Source of the DNA: Rhodosorus marinus CCMP1338
Taxonomy: Eukaryota > Plantae > Rhodophyta
Direction of reading: 5' to 3'
DNA length: 64,000 nt
NCBI GenBank assembly: GCA_029953675.1
Contig: JAMWBK010000009.1
Span: forward strand, 310,001 to 374,000
In this document: positions 13,781 through 27,037 of the stretch, one piece after another
How the letters are laid out: the number at the start of each line of letters is the position of its first letter
Position numbering within the stretch: the stretch's first letter is position 1
Translations under genes and position numbers: made by a program
The notes under the pieces: model-generated
What the model saw: only the letters and a program-made list of their open reading frames with translations
Database searches by the model: none
What the model was told of the DNA's origin: nothing

Positions 13781-16700
13781 ATGTGCTCAGTACGGTCAAA
13801 ACAAGGTGTACTAAGTTTTCCGTGAGACTTATGGAGTCTTGAGTTTTTGTAGGATAAGTGATAGACGAGTTTTTGGACATGTCTTTGCAAGGTGGGAGAC
13901 TAGAACGCGTTCACTCCCTGCCGGTGGCCCTGAACCTTCTAGCAAAGGAGGCCTCAGCATGGGAGTCCACCAAGGGACAAGATTTCGAGCAGGAATGTCG
14001 AGTTGTGCCCGAACCCGACGTCTTTCAGTGGCAACTAGAACAGACTAACGTCCATGTCCAGGTTAGCAGTTTTCAGAACTACTTGTGATCTGCCGAGGAA
14101 TCTTTCTAATCCTGTCCGTTGTGTGGTTCGATTCACACGTGATAGACATACATGTGTCTCCCCCTTGTTTCCTTGTCTGAGTTTGCCGGCGTAGGGAAAT
14201 GTATCGCTTCAGGTAGCCTCGAGTACCGCACGACTTGTTGGGTAGATCAAGATGACAGGGAAATGTTTTCACCCATCACACTGAGAAGATCTCAGGATGG
14301 GACAACGCTCAATGTGTACATACCAAGAGCGCAGTCGACAGCAGCCGTTCAGACATTACAAAAACTCGCGGCAAATGCGAGGTCGACTAACCATCATCAG
14401 TGCCAGTGTGCAGACACGTATCGCCTGATGGAGTTCGAAGGTGTTTGTATGAATCTGAAGGATTCGCTGCTTTTCAAAGCAAGTCATGTATTGCGCTCGT
14501 GTAGAAAATCTGTCCCGACGTTCATGATCGAGTCAAGCAGTGAAGAAGTGAAGCTGTGAGCAAAGCTCCACAACCATACTCATAATTCTCGTTTGCTTGC
14601 TTCCTCACAGTCGGGATGAAGCTCGTTTTCTTGCGAGCTATCCTATCTACTGGAACTAATCGTACTCCACTGCGCATTGCTTCTAGACATCTCCCCGAGT
14701 CAGCCGTTGAGAACCTGCTGACTGTCCCCAATGCTGCGAGAGGTTCTGCCTCCGCTCAGTTTAATTGGTTCTTCTTTCCAAAAACTGAATCAATAATTTT
14801 CTCTTGGATTTCCCGAAAAGGAGCGCGTGACCTATCAGTTCGCCTGTCAGGAAGACAGGAATGTGTTCAGCCAAGGCCCTGCACCGTAACTTTCAGCAAG
14901 CGGAAGAGGCGATGGACTGGACCACAGCTGGTCCTTTCAGATGAAAGTAATCGTGTCGGTTCGGTTAGTCTTAGGACACAGCCGAACATCAACGCGGTGT
15001 GGGGAGTAGCTGTTGTGGAGGTATACCAGGGTCAAAAATTGACGTATCAACTCAAATCGCCTTCCTTGCGTTCTCGAACCTGACTATTGCTCCTTATTGC
15101 AGGAGCTGTCTCGACTCGGCGTAAATTTCTTTTTCGTAGCACCAGGGTCCAGGTCAACTCCCTTGGCGTACGGTCTTAGTCGCGTCACATCGATTAGGTG
15201 AGTCGTTTGTATGGCGAGGGACGCAGATGACCGGCCTTACAGGATCTCATTCAATGTTGGCGGTCGGCTGTTGCCAGGTATTTCATGGTACACGACGAAA
15301 GGATAGCTGGTTTTATGGCGTTGAACTACGCGAAAGCTTCTGGCAGGCCCGCAGCGGTTGTGACGACATCGGGAACTGCGGTAGCGAACCTCTTCCCGAG
15401 CGTCGTGGAGGCCTCGAGCACCGAAGTTCCGCTGATCCTTCTCACTGCTGATCGCCCGTCAGAGTTAAGAGACTCAGGAGCTCCTCAAACGATTGATCAG
15501 GTGGGCCCTGAGCGGTTTGTGAGTATTATAATAGTTGGGGTCCGCTAACGAGGTACGTCCGCTCTTCAGGTGAAAATCTTTGGCAGATACGCTAGATTCT
15601 TCTGCGATGTACAGAGCCCAATAGACGCCATCCCTCTGCGATCGGTGCTGAGCACTATTGATCACGCTGTCATGAAAGCAACTTCGACCTATTCGGGGCC
15701 CGTGCACTTGAACCTAATGTTCCGCGAAAAGCTTGCACCAGACCCGACATCGTGGGACCATGTCAAAGTTCTTCAAGGCCTTGATGAATGGGAGAGCGGA
15801 GGACGACTTCCATTCTCGATAATTCCGCAGAAACTTGACGATAGAGGTAAGAGCTGAGGTCGATGAGACGGGCAGTTCAAGCGTGAAGCAGGTTATTTGT
15901 TGGCTTTAAGCTCGGTGAGCACTAAGCGTTTTCGCGTACTGGCCAAACAGATTTCTCGTATGAAGTTGAACTGTTCATCACGCTTCTTGCTAGTACAAAT
16001 CGCGTTCTTGTTGTCGCTGCCGGATCTCTCACCGACCAGGATGCCCACGCAATTAGATCGTTTTCCAACATGTGAGTTTCGCTGTATCGACGCTAGGCAA
16101 CACTAGCGTCCTCATGAATTTATCGCCGCCTTTCTTCATCTCCGTTAGAGTGCAAAGTCCAGTTGTACCTGATGTGCTTTCCGGACTAAGGTTTGATAGA
16201 GCTGAACTGAAGTACTCGAGGATTTCATATATGGACCAACTCCTCCTGGTCCCCGAAGTTTTCAATTTCGATGACGATTTCATCGCCTTGCAGTTTGGAG
16301 AACGGGTCTGAGTTCCACCATTCAGCTGAGCATACATCGACATATGTGGCAATGAGGTCTGAACCCCAACCTTTCCCTTTAATGCGGCAGATCGTTTCAA
16401 AGCGTATCAACGCGCTCCTATCAAGAAGCAGACGCATTGTAGTTTCACGGTCCGAAGACCGGTTCGATGATGATCATAACGTTCTCCTGCGAATTAGAGC
16501 GAGCCCAAGCTCATTCCTCCTGAGATTGATGAATAGCGGGGACCTACCACTTGCAAACGGAATGCAAGATCTTGCTGAGGTCTCGGGCCTTGTGAGGGAC
16601 TTCTACAAAGAGAGTAAGCGTTTCGATGTTTAGACTTCCTTCTCTTGCGTAGATCTGTTAACTAATCCGAGTCCCTCTGTACAGGCTTCACGAGAGAACT

Positions 16701-17428
16701 AGAGAGTAACGGCGTACCTTCGGAGGCACTCCTCGCATGGTGGATTACGGAAATGCTACCCGATGATTCGACTGTATTTGTATCGAACAGCATGCCCATC
16801 AGGGACTTGAACTTCTTCGGTATTGACAGGTAATTAGGCATGAAACACGGACGCGAGCAGAGGACGAATCAACTCAACAACTTATTTTTCATATCCTGAA
16901 CCCTTCAGTAAACGTTTAAAAGTACATTCTAACAGAGGCGCTAACGGGATCGATGGGATAATAAGCAGCGCTCTAGGGTTTATGGTCGCGCAGGGGAGAC
17001 CCGTTACAGTCGTTATTGGGGACATGGCGATGCTGCATGATCTAGGTGCACTTCATGAGGTGCAGCAGCTGAAGAAGAAAAACTTGAGAGGCCCTGCTAA
17101 GGCGGACACGAAAGGCGAACCAGGCCTGACAATCATTGTGGTCAACAATGGGGGGGGGGGAATCTTCAACTTCCTCCCCGTGGCTAAACACGAAGAGTTC
17201 TTGACCGAGTTTTTCCAGACAAATCACACTGTCTCATTTGCGGACTGCGCAAAAAACTTCAACCTTCGCTACTCTTGCGCGAAGAGTACGGGTGACCTTA
17301 AGTCATGGGGCTCGGATCCTCCAAAGGAATCGTTTCGTATGCTAGAGGTGAAATGCAAATCTCTCAATGAAAATGCGGAGGAGCACGCGCTACTCCAGAA
17401 GCACCTGGTGAAGTTTCTCCAGAGATAA
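13781..17428 (+). CDS. menD: MenD (SEPHCHC synthase) with an N-terminal degenerate MenF/isochorismate-synthase-like region (PHYLLO N-terminal-half architecture); start provisional
   Basis: MenD motifs [104 protein letters not shown]; upstream exons ([24 protein letters not shown]) resemble by eye the MenF-like N-terminus of plant PHYLLO. Confidence 0.85.
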
Positions 17429-17715
17429 ACGAGAAAGGTTTAGTTAACTTATTGTGAGCTGCAGCGGAGGATCAATCTAGTAGGCAATACGGCTTGTTTA
17501 GATTTCTATTGTGTCGTCTCCGCCCTCATAAATCGTTCTGATCCTGATGTACAAAGTTTCCGACAAGAAGGCTAGAAGAGGAACTTAAACCTTTCGCGAT
17601 TCTCTTTCTCGTGCTCTCCGTCATCTGCGGTTTGGTTTTAGCAACGAACGGGAGATCGACTCAGAATGTGCACATCGAAGTAAAACGATTATTGGGTTTT
17701 CTGGGAGGCGCAAAG

Positions 17716-20700
17716 CTACTCACCCAGAATCCCAGCATCTCTCAAGTAGCTTCTCACGCTCATATCCTGGCCAACTAGAGAGGTGATCAACTCCTTAGGA
17801 TCACGGCTGCCACCATACATTAAGAAGTCGAATCGTAACCTGTCGCCTGATGCTCTCGAGGTAGGGTCATTTTGGAAGAGTGCCTGCCAAATCTCAGAGG
17901 CAATCACTTTGGCGTAGAGGTAACTAGGAATTTTAGGCACAGAAAAGTAGTCTTAGCAAAGCTATGTCCGCAACGAGATGATCACATTCCGGGATCAGCA
18001 CCTGTAGTAACCCGCTCCGTATCCAACGACGTGTCCAAAGGTTGTTTCCCACGGAACATTGTTAGCTGGTGTGATGCAAGCGAACGTCTTGAACAAATCT
18101 GAATAGACTTGAGTCCAGTTCGAGCTGGAAGGTTTCGTGTGCAGCTCAAGGTCAAAGGCAGAAAGCAGTATCTGTTGCTGGATGTCCATCCCGGAAAACT
18201 GGACAATGAGAAACATTCTCATCAATCAGCGAGGCGAGGTTCCTTGCATTTAAGCAAAGTGCGGTGGTCTGAGTTGGCGGTTTACTTACCATGGTAGAAT
18301 CCTTTTGAAAGCGGTCAATCTCATTCTGGCTTATAGCTCGTCCTGTGTAGACGCTCCTGGCAAACTTTGAAAGCACTCGATGGTCCCAAATAAAGTGCTC
18401 GAACAGGTGCGATGGAATTTCCACAAAATCTACTGGCCCGCGTGTCCCCGAGAGGTGCTGAAATTTCGTCCTCGACAGGAGAGAATGACATGCGTGCCCA
18501 AACCTACGAGGGAACAATCCTAGTCAGTCACCATCCACAACTCGGGTGCACGATCACACACGAGCCAAAAAAATGATCAGTCATTGCCTGTGAAACTTAC
18601 TCATGGAACAGCGTTTCCGCCTCTCCGTGGCTTAGCAGAACAGGGTCAGAACCGGACGCGTTTGTGAAATTACAGACAAGAGCTACCACAGGCTTCTGGT
18701 AATCTAGTCCGGGTCCCTGCTCCCGTCCGCAACTAAACAAAAAGCATGAAGAAATTTCAGTGAGAGCGCGAATATGTTCTTGCTCGACCGCGGTTTCGAT
18801 GAATTACCGAATTGTGAATTGGGCAGCGTGATTGTACTTTCCAGCGCGTGGGTACAGATCTAGATATATGTAGCCAAGGACGCCTTCCGTTTCATGTCTC
18901 ATTTGCATCTACGCGAACAGGAAAGCGAACGAAACTCGATGAGCCGGACACAGGCTGATTGGGTGTAGGATCATTATGGCCGAAGCATGAGCACCTTCTT
19001 AACATCAGAGTGCCACAGCTCATTCTCCGAGGCTTCACATTCGAGTAGGTCGATACCGAAGAGCGATTTGACGAGCATGCCCATTCCTTCAACGCAGGAT
19101 GATAACGAGAAATACTCGCATAAGCTCGATCCATCCGAGGGCTTTGACATTTTGGCTTTCGCTTGGGCCATGTAGTAACTTCGATCCCAGCTGAAGGATG
19201 CGATTACAATACGAGACTTCGATCATTCAGCAATCTGCAAATCAATTTTTGTGGTCTCGAACTACTGTTGATCAGCGCAAAGCTCACGGGTATATGTGCC
19301 CTCCCGAACCAGCTCCTTCAGCCTCATTCTTCAATGATTTCAGTATCTTCACTTCTTGCTGAGCCTTTTTCTCAACCTATTGTAAAACGAAAACTGCGCG
19401 ATCAGCAAGTGCGAACTAACCAGTCGAAACAACCAATCACAGTTCACCTCCTTCGACAAGCTCTCCAAGAAGTTCATGGGAGACTCCGTTGACGCGCGAT
19501 CTCTCAGCGAAATGCTCAAGTAGTTGTCAAAGCTCAGGGCATTCGCCAAATCCTCACGAACGTTTAACAGATGCTTAAGAACCTAGAATCCAAAAGTTGA
19601 ACGAGACTTGTGAGGCTGTGGTCCTTTGCTTCCGCCGTCGCGGCCTAGCGCGTTGACGTCTTTGTTGTTGTCATCGTCTACGGTCACTTACCTCTGTGTT
19701 GGGATGGCACACGCTTGCTTCATATACTTGTCTTCGAACCGTTGGGTTTGAAACCCATTGCATTACAGTGCTCACTGCGCTTGGCAGCATAGGGATAATC
19801 ACCTAGTGACAGCATTCGTGGAACTTTTCTTTCTAAGCCATCTGTCCGGGTAGGCTAGACTCATGTGTCTATACGTCATTGTGGCTACAAAACAGGTTTG
19901 ATCGTACCTTGCCGGGATCCGAGCTGGATCTTTTCAGAGATCTTATCAGCGCAGACGGCAGCGGCTTCAGCGCTTCCGGGTGAAAGCTTATCTGGACGAA
20001 GAGAAAGTCCAACAGATTCGTATTTCAGATAACCTAGAAAGTTTTGATCGGTTGGCGGAAGGCCCCACACCTCTTTCAAGGTGTTCTGTTGTAGGTTTTG
20101 CGTGAATTGGGATCCAAGTTCGTGCATTCTGCTGTTCAAGGCGACAACGGTGCCCCTGTCAGCAGTGCCCAGTCCAATTCCTCCTTGTTCAAAGTCTTTC
20201 TTAAGTGACGCTGACTGGTATGATCAGCAGTATCCGAGTGCCGTTAGTTACAGCGACAAGTTGAGTTCTGAAGAGACTGGACGCAGCATGTTACCATGAT
20301 CCTCTCCTCCGCGCTCAAATCGTGACCGGAAGCTTCCAGCTTCACAAGTGCGTCATATAAAGCAGCGTGGGCGTTCAACCCCTGCATGTATGCGCCGACG
20401 TCACTAAACGCGTAGTCCGCTGCCGATCGAAAGTCTGCAGAGCGCAGCGGTTTCGCATCACGGAATGAGCTATTTTGCTGCTGTTCTGCAAATGGAGCTG
20501 CCTGACACCTACCTGGATCCGGATGAACGTTTCTGCAAAGCTCGGCGCAATCTACGACTCTACAAAGAGTATCCGAGAGCGCATCAAGATGTTGCAAAAC
20601 GATGGGGGACACAGTGGAGCCAGTGGAGCATTTGGTAACTAGAGCATTACATTGTTCTACGCACTGAGAAGAGATTTTAGACCAGTCCGACGGTCTGTGC

Positions 20701-20931
20701 AGCCCCTGCAGGAAAACAAAAATTAGGACAATTAGGACAATGGGCAGGGTTGAGTAGTCACGTCCGCCAGAACCTCAACAGATAAAAAGACCATACCCTC
20801 AAGCCGAACTGCCCAACATCATCAGCATGCGTTTCATGAACCGAAGACACGGCAAGCCCATCTTTTCTCGAGAAACTGGCGGAAAACAATCGTCTTGCGA
20901 ACCTCACTCGCAACGATTGACATCGCAACAT
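17716..20931 (-). CDS. MIP: Mitochondrial intermediate peptidase (M3 family, MIP/Oct1), multi-exon
   Basis: LDALSDTLCRVVDCAELCRNVHPD, YFSLSSCVEGM, FHE-FGHACHSLLSRT (HExxH), HLSGTRGPVDFVEIPSHLFEHF, FGHVVGYGAGYY-SYLYAKVIA; Arg-rich presequence MLRCQSLRVRFARR. Confidence 0.92.
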
Positions 20932-21185
20932 CCTACGAACGGGGTCCGTCAAAGCGCGGGAAAACGGATATCCAAAAATACCTTGGCTAAATAATAGCCT
21001 ATTACATATCCATATATTCAATAGTAATCACCAAAAACAGCTCATGTACCCTCTTCAGGACACAGCAGCTACTACCCAGACTCCTCACCATCGCCCAATA
21101 GCACTGACACGATCCCCATCCGCAACGAAACCTTAAAACCAAACAATTTCCACAGAAAAACTCACACGGCATGAATAAATCCATT

Positions 21186-21533
21186 TTCAATATTTACTTC
21201 AAAAACACTTTAGAATGGATCGGAATCGGCGAAAAGATAATACCTGTTATTATTTTATATATTCTATATAAACTGTAAGCTGCGGTCAACACCGCATTAG
21301 ATATTCACAAATAACTACTGGTTATAGTGTTTTATTGTATTTATTACCGTTTGTCTTCGATCTTCAATATTTACTTCCAGAAAACTTTAGAACGGATCAG
21401 AATCGTGGAAAAGACAATACGAACTATTATTATTTAATTTATATAAATTGAGAGCTGTAGACAATACGGCATAATATATTTAAAATAAACATGAATTATA
21501 GTGTTTTAATTTATTTTTGCGGTTTGTCTTCGA
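21186..21533. repeat. Diverged tandem dimer of an AT-rich ~173-177 bp unit
   Basis: ttcaatatttacttc...tttgtcttcga at 21186-21360 and again at 21363-21533, with collinear blocks (ctttagaa.ggatc.gaatcg, ttattatttt, ttatagtgtttta). Confidence 0.85.
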
Positions 21534-21887
21534 AATGCGACATTACGAAGTCATCGGGTGGATGTGTGGGGGACCTCGGTGTGGGCAACACAGCTAGTAG
21601 TTTATCGTGGTGTTCATCACATCCAATGTCCCTGCTCCTGATTGATGATCTAGCTTACAGGACTATAACGCCGAATCTAAACAGTAAGATTCTGGTTTGA
21701 CAGATTGTCGAATCAGATGAGTTCTGTAGCCTGCGGGCTTCTGCCAACTAGATAGGAGGTAGGTTCCCCGCCGTGCATTTCTCGGTCTTTTTATGGTCCA
21801 GATACCTGCCAAGCACATGGACAGAAGTGGCATCGGATGGCTTAATTAGCAGAGATAACACAGCATCGTCAGCGTTGAAGAGACTTC

Positions 21888-23853
21888 CTACCCGGCCTGG
21901 CATGCGAACTCAATGGCATCACAATTACCAACGGCAAAGGCGGTCTGCCGGTTAATATAGTTCGCCAAGAGCTCAAAGTTATGGTTGAACTGATGAACAA
22001 GCTTTGCAAATGAAGATGGTGTCATGTCATTGAGCTTGAGGTCGTCTGTATACAGTGGAAGAGCTTTCCAACCAGGATCCTGTCGTATGGCAGGTCCGGG
22101 ATATTAGTTCCTTCAAGTCGTATGTCCCCATGATCACGACGACTAGTTGCTTACGTTGTGGTTTCCTCTCGCCGATTCAAAGTTCGCTTCTTGCAGAGGG
22201 AAGACATAGTCCTGAAAGTCCACGAGCGCCTTGGTCGAGCTATCAAAGAACACTTGTCTGAACATTGGGTTGCTTCCTTCAAGGGATGGTCGCCTAGGGG
22301 TCAAACCTGTATAGAGTTGGATCCTTTCAGTAGACGCGAGTGTTGCTGAAGAGTTGACAAAGCCAAAATACACGTAGCTCTTACCAGGCATGATGAAGGA
22401 CACGGATAGAGGCTTGTTGGAGCTGTCATAGAAAACCCGGAGCTCGTTTCTGTTGTGATCTCCATAGAACTGTGCGACTACAGTCGACTCGTACTGTTTC
22501 AGGAGCGTCTCGAATGCCTCCAAGAATCGCGGACACCAGTTGTATTCCCGCTCTTTCGCTCCGGGGGATATGTGGGACATTAAGTACACCTTTTCTCCGT
22601 CCTTTTGAGCTCGGAAAAGTTGCTTCTGCATCCACGAAAGCTGCTTGAGCGGGTCATCCGGACGATTGCTGTGTCCACATCCCAATGACTCGTAGATGTT
22701 CAGCAGAGGGTTCCACCTCTTCAGCTTAAGCTGAAATTAAACAAATGATAGAGGCTCGCCCATGAGAAACGGGGCGACCGGGCTTAATGCTTATGCGTGA
22801 CGAGACCTACAGTATAGTACATTGAGTTGTATACGATAACGCGCAGACCTGGGACAGGTTTGATCGTGTAGTATCCGCCCTTTGTAAACGTGCTCTTTGC
22901 CAAATCAGCGGTGTTGAACCAATCTACAGCATCGTAGGCGTCGAAAATACGCCGTAGCTGCGGATCTGGTCCCAGCTCGACATGGTTGGCTGGATAAAGA
23001 TCAATATTCCCCTACATAAGCAAAAACAAGCAAGCAAGGACTTCGCAGTCAGGAGGTATCCTCTGTTCCTCCAGCAAGCGGATGATTCAAAGTTTGCAGG
23101 TTGACGTACCACTGCGACGATGACTCTGGTGTTTGGAAAAAATTTTGTGATTTCTGTGGCAGCCTTTCGAAACGTCGTCTGCAGCAGTTCAGGACAAGGA
23201 AGACCATGAGCTAGTGGCCAGATTGTGACATGAGCTGTGAGAAGGTAATGACGAGTAATCTGGAGCCTCTGCGGGATTGATGTACTGACTTACCAACCAC
23301 GTCGCCGGTGAGAATAATAAAAGGCGGTTTAGAATCTAACGATTTCATCTTCTTCAGCATAGATTCAAGTAAGGACAGTGGAGGATCACATCCAATCCGT
23401 CCAAAGGGAAAGGCGCCCCCGTTGACGGAAAAGGACGCCGATGGGCATCCATCCGCGGGGGAGACACTTCGTCGACATGCCCCGTCAGCGTTCGGTGGCG
23501 TCTGATAGTCGTAAAGCGGCTCAAGGTGCAGATCAGAAATCCAAAAAAAGGAGCTGACGTTCTCAGAAGTTCGCCACGGTGGGAAATTTTGTTTCGAAGA
23601 CCACGCCACAAGTAGAGCCAAGCAGCCCGAAGCGCAAACCGCAACAAAGACAGCAATAAACGCTCGCCACTGACCAGATCGTCACACCCGCCCCAGGAAA
23701 AAAAGCCATTCCACAACGTTCAGACCCGAGCCAATCAAAAAAACTACCCTATCCTCTGCCAAAGAAAACTCAACAACTCACCCATCCTGTCCCAAATCCA
23801 GTCCGTCTCCCCCCAGACGTCCCGACCAATGCCGAGCTCTCACCAGGATCCAT
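21888..23853 (-). CDS. Acid sphingomyelinase-like / PPN1-like calcineurin-type metallophosphoesterase with N-terminal membrane anchor; 3' end provisional
   Basis: SDLHLEPLY, FGRIGCDPPLSL, ILTGDVV.H, KGGYY, YLMSHISPG, PGLTP...SNPMFR; hydrophobic AFIAVFVAVCASGCLALLVAW near the N-terminus. Confidence 0.8.
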
Positions 23854-24369
23854 GGTTTCAAACCTCAACAAAAACAGACAAACAAATGAGGTGAAAGTCC
23901 TACTTTCCAAACAAACCTCTACTATCAATAGACCTCTATCCTCCAGAAGCCCTCCTTCAGAATTTCACCAAATGCTTCCATGGAACTTTCATTCCAACTC
24001 ACATCAGTCTCTCTGTCACAACAACCATCCCCCGATCGCGACTCTTCTCAAACCCCAAAAACCGTTTCATTGAAAACCAGCCAAACTGCAATATAAAAAT
24101 CCAACTAAAAAATTCAAAATATATTAAAAAATAAGCCAATTATCTTATCGAATACTCGTTACGAAGCGAAACTAACCAATAAAATACAATTATCGTTTAA
24201 TTATGATTGGGGATATAGTATTTTAGAATATTTATGTTTATTTTTTTGTTTTCTGAATGACGGTTGTATTTAAATTGTTTTAGTTTTTAAATGATACATG
24301 AGGTTTTCAACCAATGAATGTGCGCTAATTGAGGTCTTTACCCAATCAAGGATTTTTGAGGGTAGTTGA

Positions 24370-24886
24370 AAGCACTGGGAGTCGCGTTTCTATTTGCGAT
24401 GTGGATAATTTGGTTTTGGCGGAGTCTTACAGTGATTTAGAGGGTAAGAGGCCGTGAGAGAGCACTGGATAGACGCTCGTTTAAACGATCAAGGATGATT
24501 TGGTTTAAATAGACTTGGCCCCCACACCCCCTTTTCACCGAATCGAGAGCATGGATGTGGTGGAGACTGAATCCCTCAGCATGGACGATGAAATGGTTAC
24601 TAACGCTCTGAGCGAAGGGATTCCTCGTAAATTTACTCTTTCGTCCGTCATTATATGGAGAAGATCAAGCGAGCAGTACCTTGATCTGCTCCGCTTCCGA
24701 TCAGGAATGTTGCCAGTAGCTTTTAGTAGACTTCTAGTCAGAAGCTTACTTTTTTTTTTTACCCAGCATTGATTGAAGTGCCCATCGAGATCGATGAGTT
24801 TCCTGAGCCGAACTGCGCCAGGAGAGTGAAACACAAGGCAGCAAACCGGCGACGGCATCCGTCGCGTGAGGAGGATAGACGCAGTT
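24370..24886 (+). CDS. Possible small multi-exon gene of unknown function
   Basis: Coding-like segments (ICDVDNLVLAESYSDLE|gtaag; DLAPTPPFHRIESMDVVETESLS; LIEVPIEIDEFPEPNCARR) with plausible splice sites; no start or homology recognised. Confidence 0.25.
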
Positions 24887-25137
24887 AAACAGTTTTGAGA
24901 AGATATGATGCCACCTCAATGCTCCTGGCGGATGGTGGTAGACAATCGCCTCCGCATTCCGTTCTCGGAGCGTTGTTTATGTGAGTCAACCGAAAGAAAA
25001 GATCCTTGAATTGTGGCGTTTGGGTTCGAGCTGATCGCTAGCGTTTCTGGGCTGAGCACCGGGTACTGGCTTCTTTGGAGTGTCTTGCTGGTCGCATGGA
25101 AGTATGAACAGCTTCGTTGATGACATGCTGGGATTTT

Positions 25138-26970
25138 ATGGCTGAGGAACTCGATACCAAGCGCTGGACGTTGATTGTGGCTAGAGCATTTGATCAGGGA
25201 GGAGCGAGGAGCGGTCTCTTGTGTTCGGATCTCGTGCACGAAAAGTTACAAGGTGTTCAGGTTGCCAGAGGTGATACGAAGAGGATAGAGATCCTTCGGG
25301 GGAGAACAGAGGCATGGATAACGGTTCATGAATGCATTGGAACTGGTCCGCTAGTCAGTGCAGAAACAGAGGTCTTCCTCCTCCCATCTTTGCCTGCTTT
25401 CCTCAAGCACAGCCCAGTATCCTCTGAACCCGTTTCCAAGTTGCTCAATCTCTTAAAAAATTCATCGGATGTTGAAGTAGGAGCTGTCATCGGAGTGTAT
25501 GGTCCATCTGGTAGCGGAAAGACGGTAGTTGTGAATGAAGCCTGCAAGCATGCATCCGTGGTGCTCATCAGGATACCTGCTGATGAGGTCCTGCGCCGGA
25601 GCACGGATTCGGACCTTGGAAGGCCCCTGAACAAGTTTCGTTCCATTGCAAGCAATCTCAGAGCACACGGCATAGAAGCGGTTCTGCTCATTGAGGACGT
25701 AGATGAGTTTGAATCAAATCCCTCAACGACGGCGTCGATGACATTGGCTATTCGGAAGGCTTCAGAGGAGGATGATCTAGTAGTTTTCATGACATATGAA
25801 TCTCAAAAGTCTCTTCCAGAGAAACTGGCTTTGCTCTTGGACCACTGCGTGGGAGTCACCCCCCCGAAAACCGTTGAGGATCGCGTCGCAGTCGTGAAAA
25901 ACTGCCTCCTGAGAGTCGGTAAGAACGTCAACACCGACGAGCTCCACTTGCTGGCCACAAATTCGGCTGGGCTGCTGCCATGTGAGGTGGCTGCTGCTAT
26001 TGCAGAACCAGGTGACCCGTCCAAAGCGCTGAACTTTGTTCGTCAGCAGGCTCGTGCAAAAGTGGTTTTCGATTCCCGTTCTCATGGAGGGGCGGACCAA
26101 TGTCCCAGCTCAGAAGTTTATGGCCTTGAGCAGGCCGTGGAGGCCGTTGAAGAGGCAGTGATCTGGTCTAGAGAGCGCCGCGGTGACCTAGAGCGGTTAG
26201 GCATCGAAGCGCCAAGGGGAATCCTGCTCTACGGAGCGGCCGGAACTGGAAAAACGTCACTGGCAAAGTCCGTGGTTCAGCGATTAGAGTGCGCTCTAGT
26301 TTCCCTGGACGCTGGTGCTCTTGTGAGAGGAGAAGTTGGAGCATCTGAGGAGAATCTTGAGAAATGTTTCAGCATTGCCCGGTCCCTGAGCCCATGCTTG
26401 CTGTTCATCGATGAGATCGAATCACTGGTTCCGAGACGCAGCCACGATTCTCCTACAGCATCACGGTTAGTCTCAGTGTTGGCGCAGGAGTTGGATCGAG
26501 GAGAGGTTTCCATCCTGGGTGCGTCGAACAGACCGTGGGAGGTGGATCCTGCGTTGATTAGGATAGGAAGGTTTGAAAGATGTATTCACGTACCGTTGCC
26601 AAACGAACGAACTCGGGAGAATATTTTGGTTCACCAGGCGAGCCAGGTGGGATTCCACTTCGGAACTGAACCATCTTTGGCAGAGTATGTTGGAGCAATC
26701 GCATTTTTTGGGCCTCTCAAAGTGAGCAGATCCGGAACTAACTAGCTCTATGGTTTTTTTTTCAGAGTTGTGGCGAAAACGCAGAGCTGCACTGGAGCTG
26801 ATTTGGTCGGCCTGTTCAGATCCGCACAATTGCAGGCATCAGTACGCGCTGCACGATCAGGTGACGCGCAGAACAACCTCGAAGCGGAGGACATATCTAG
26901 TGCGTTACGCAACATCCGACTGTCTGTTTCGCCCCATGAGGTGCAGAGGCTTGTACACTGGCATCCTTGA
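25138..26970 (+). CDS. Double-AAA ATPase, CDC48/AFG2(SPATA5)-like
   Basis: D1 GPSGSGKT with LLIEDVD; D2 PRGILLYGAAGTGKT, LFIDEIESL, SNRPWEVDPALIRIGRFE; final exon CTGADLVGLFRSA. Confidence 0.85.
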
Positions 26971-27037
26971 CGAAATTCGTCCCCTTCTATATGGTCTAAA
27001 TCATACCTGAGATATGGCTAGACCCGCACACCAATAC

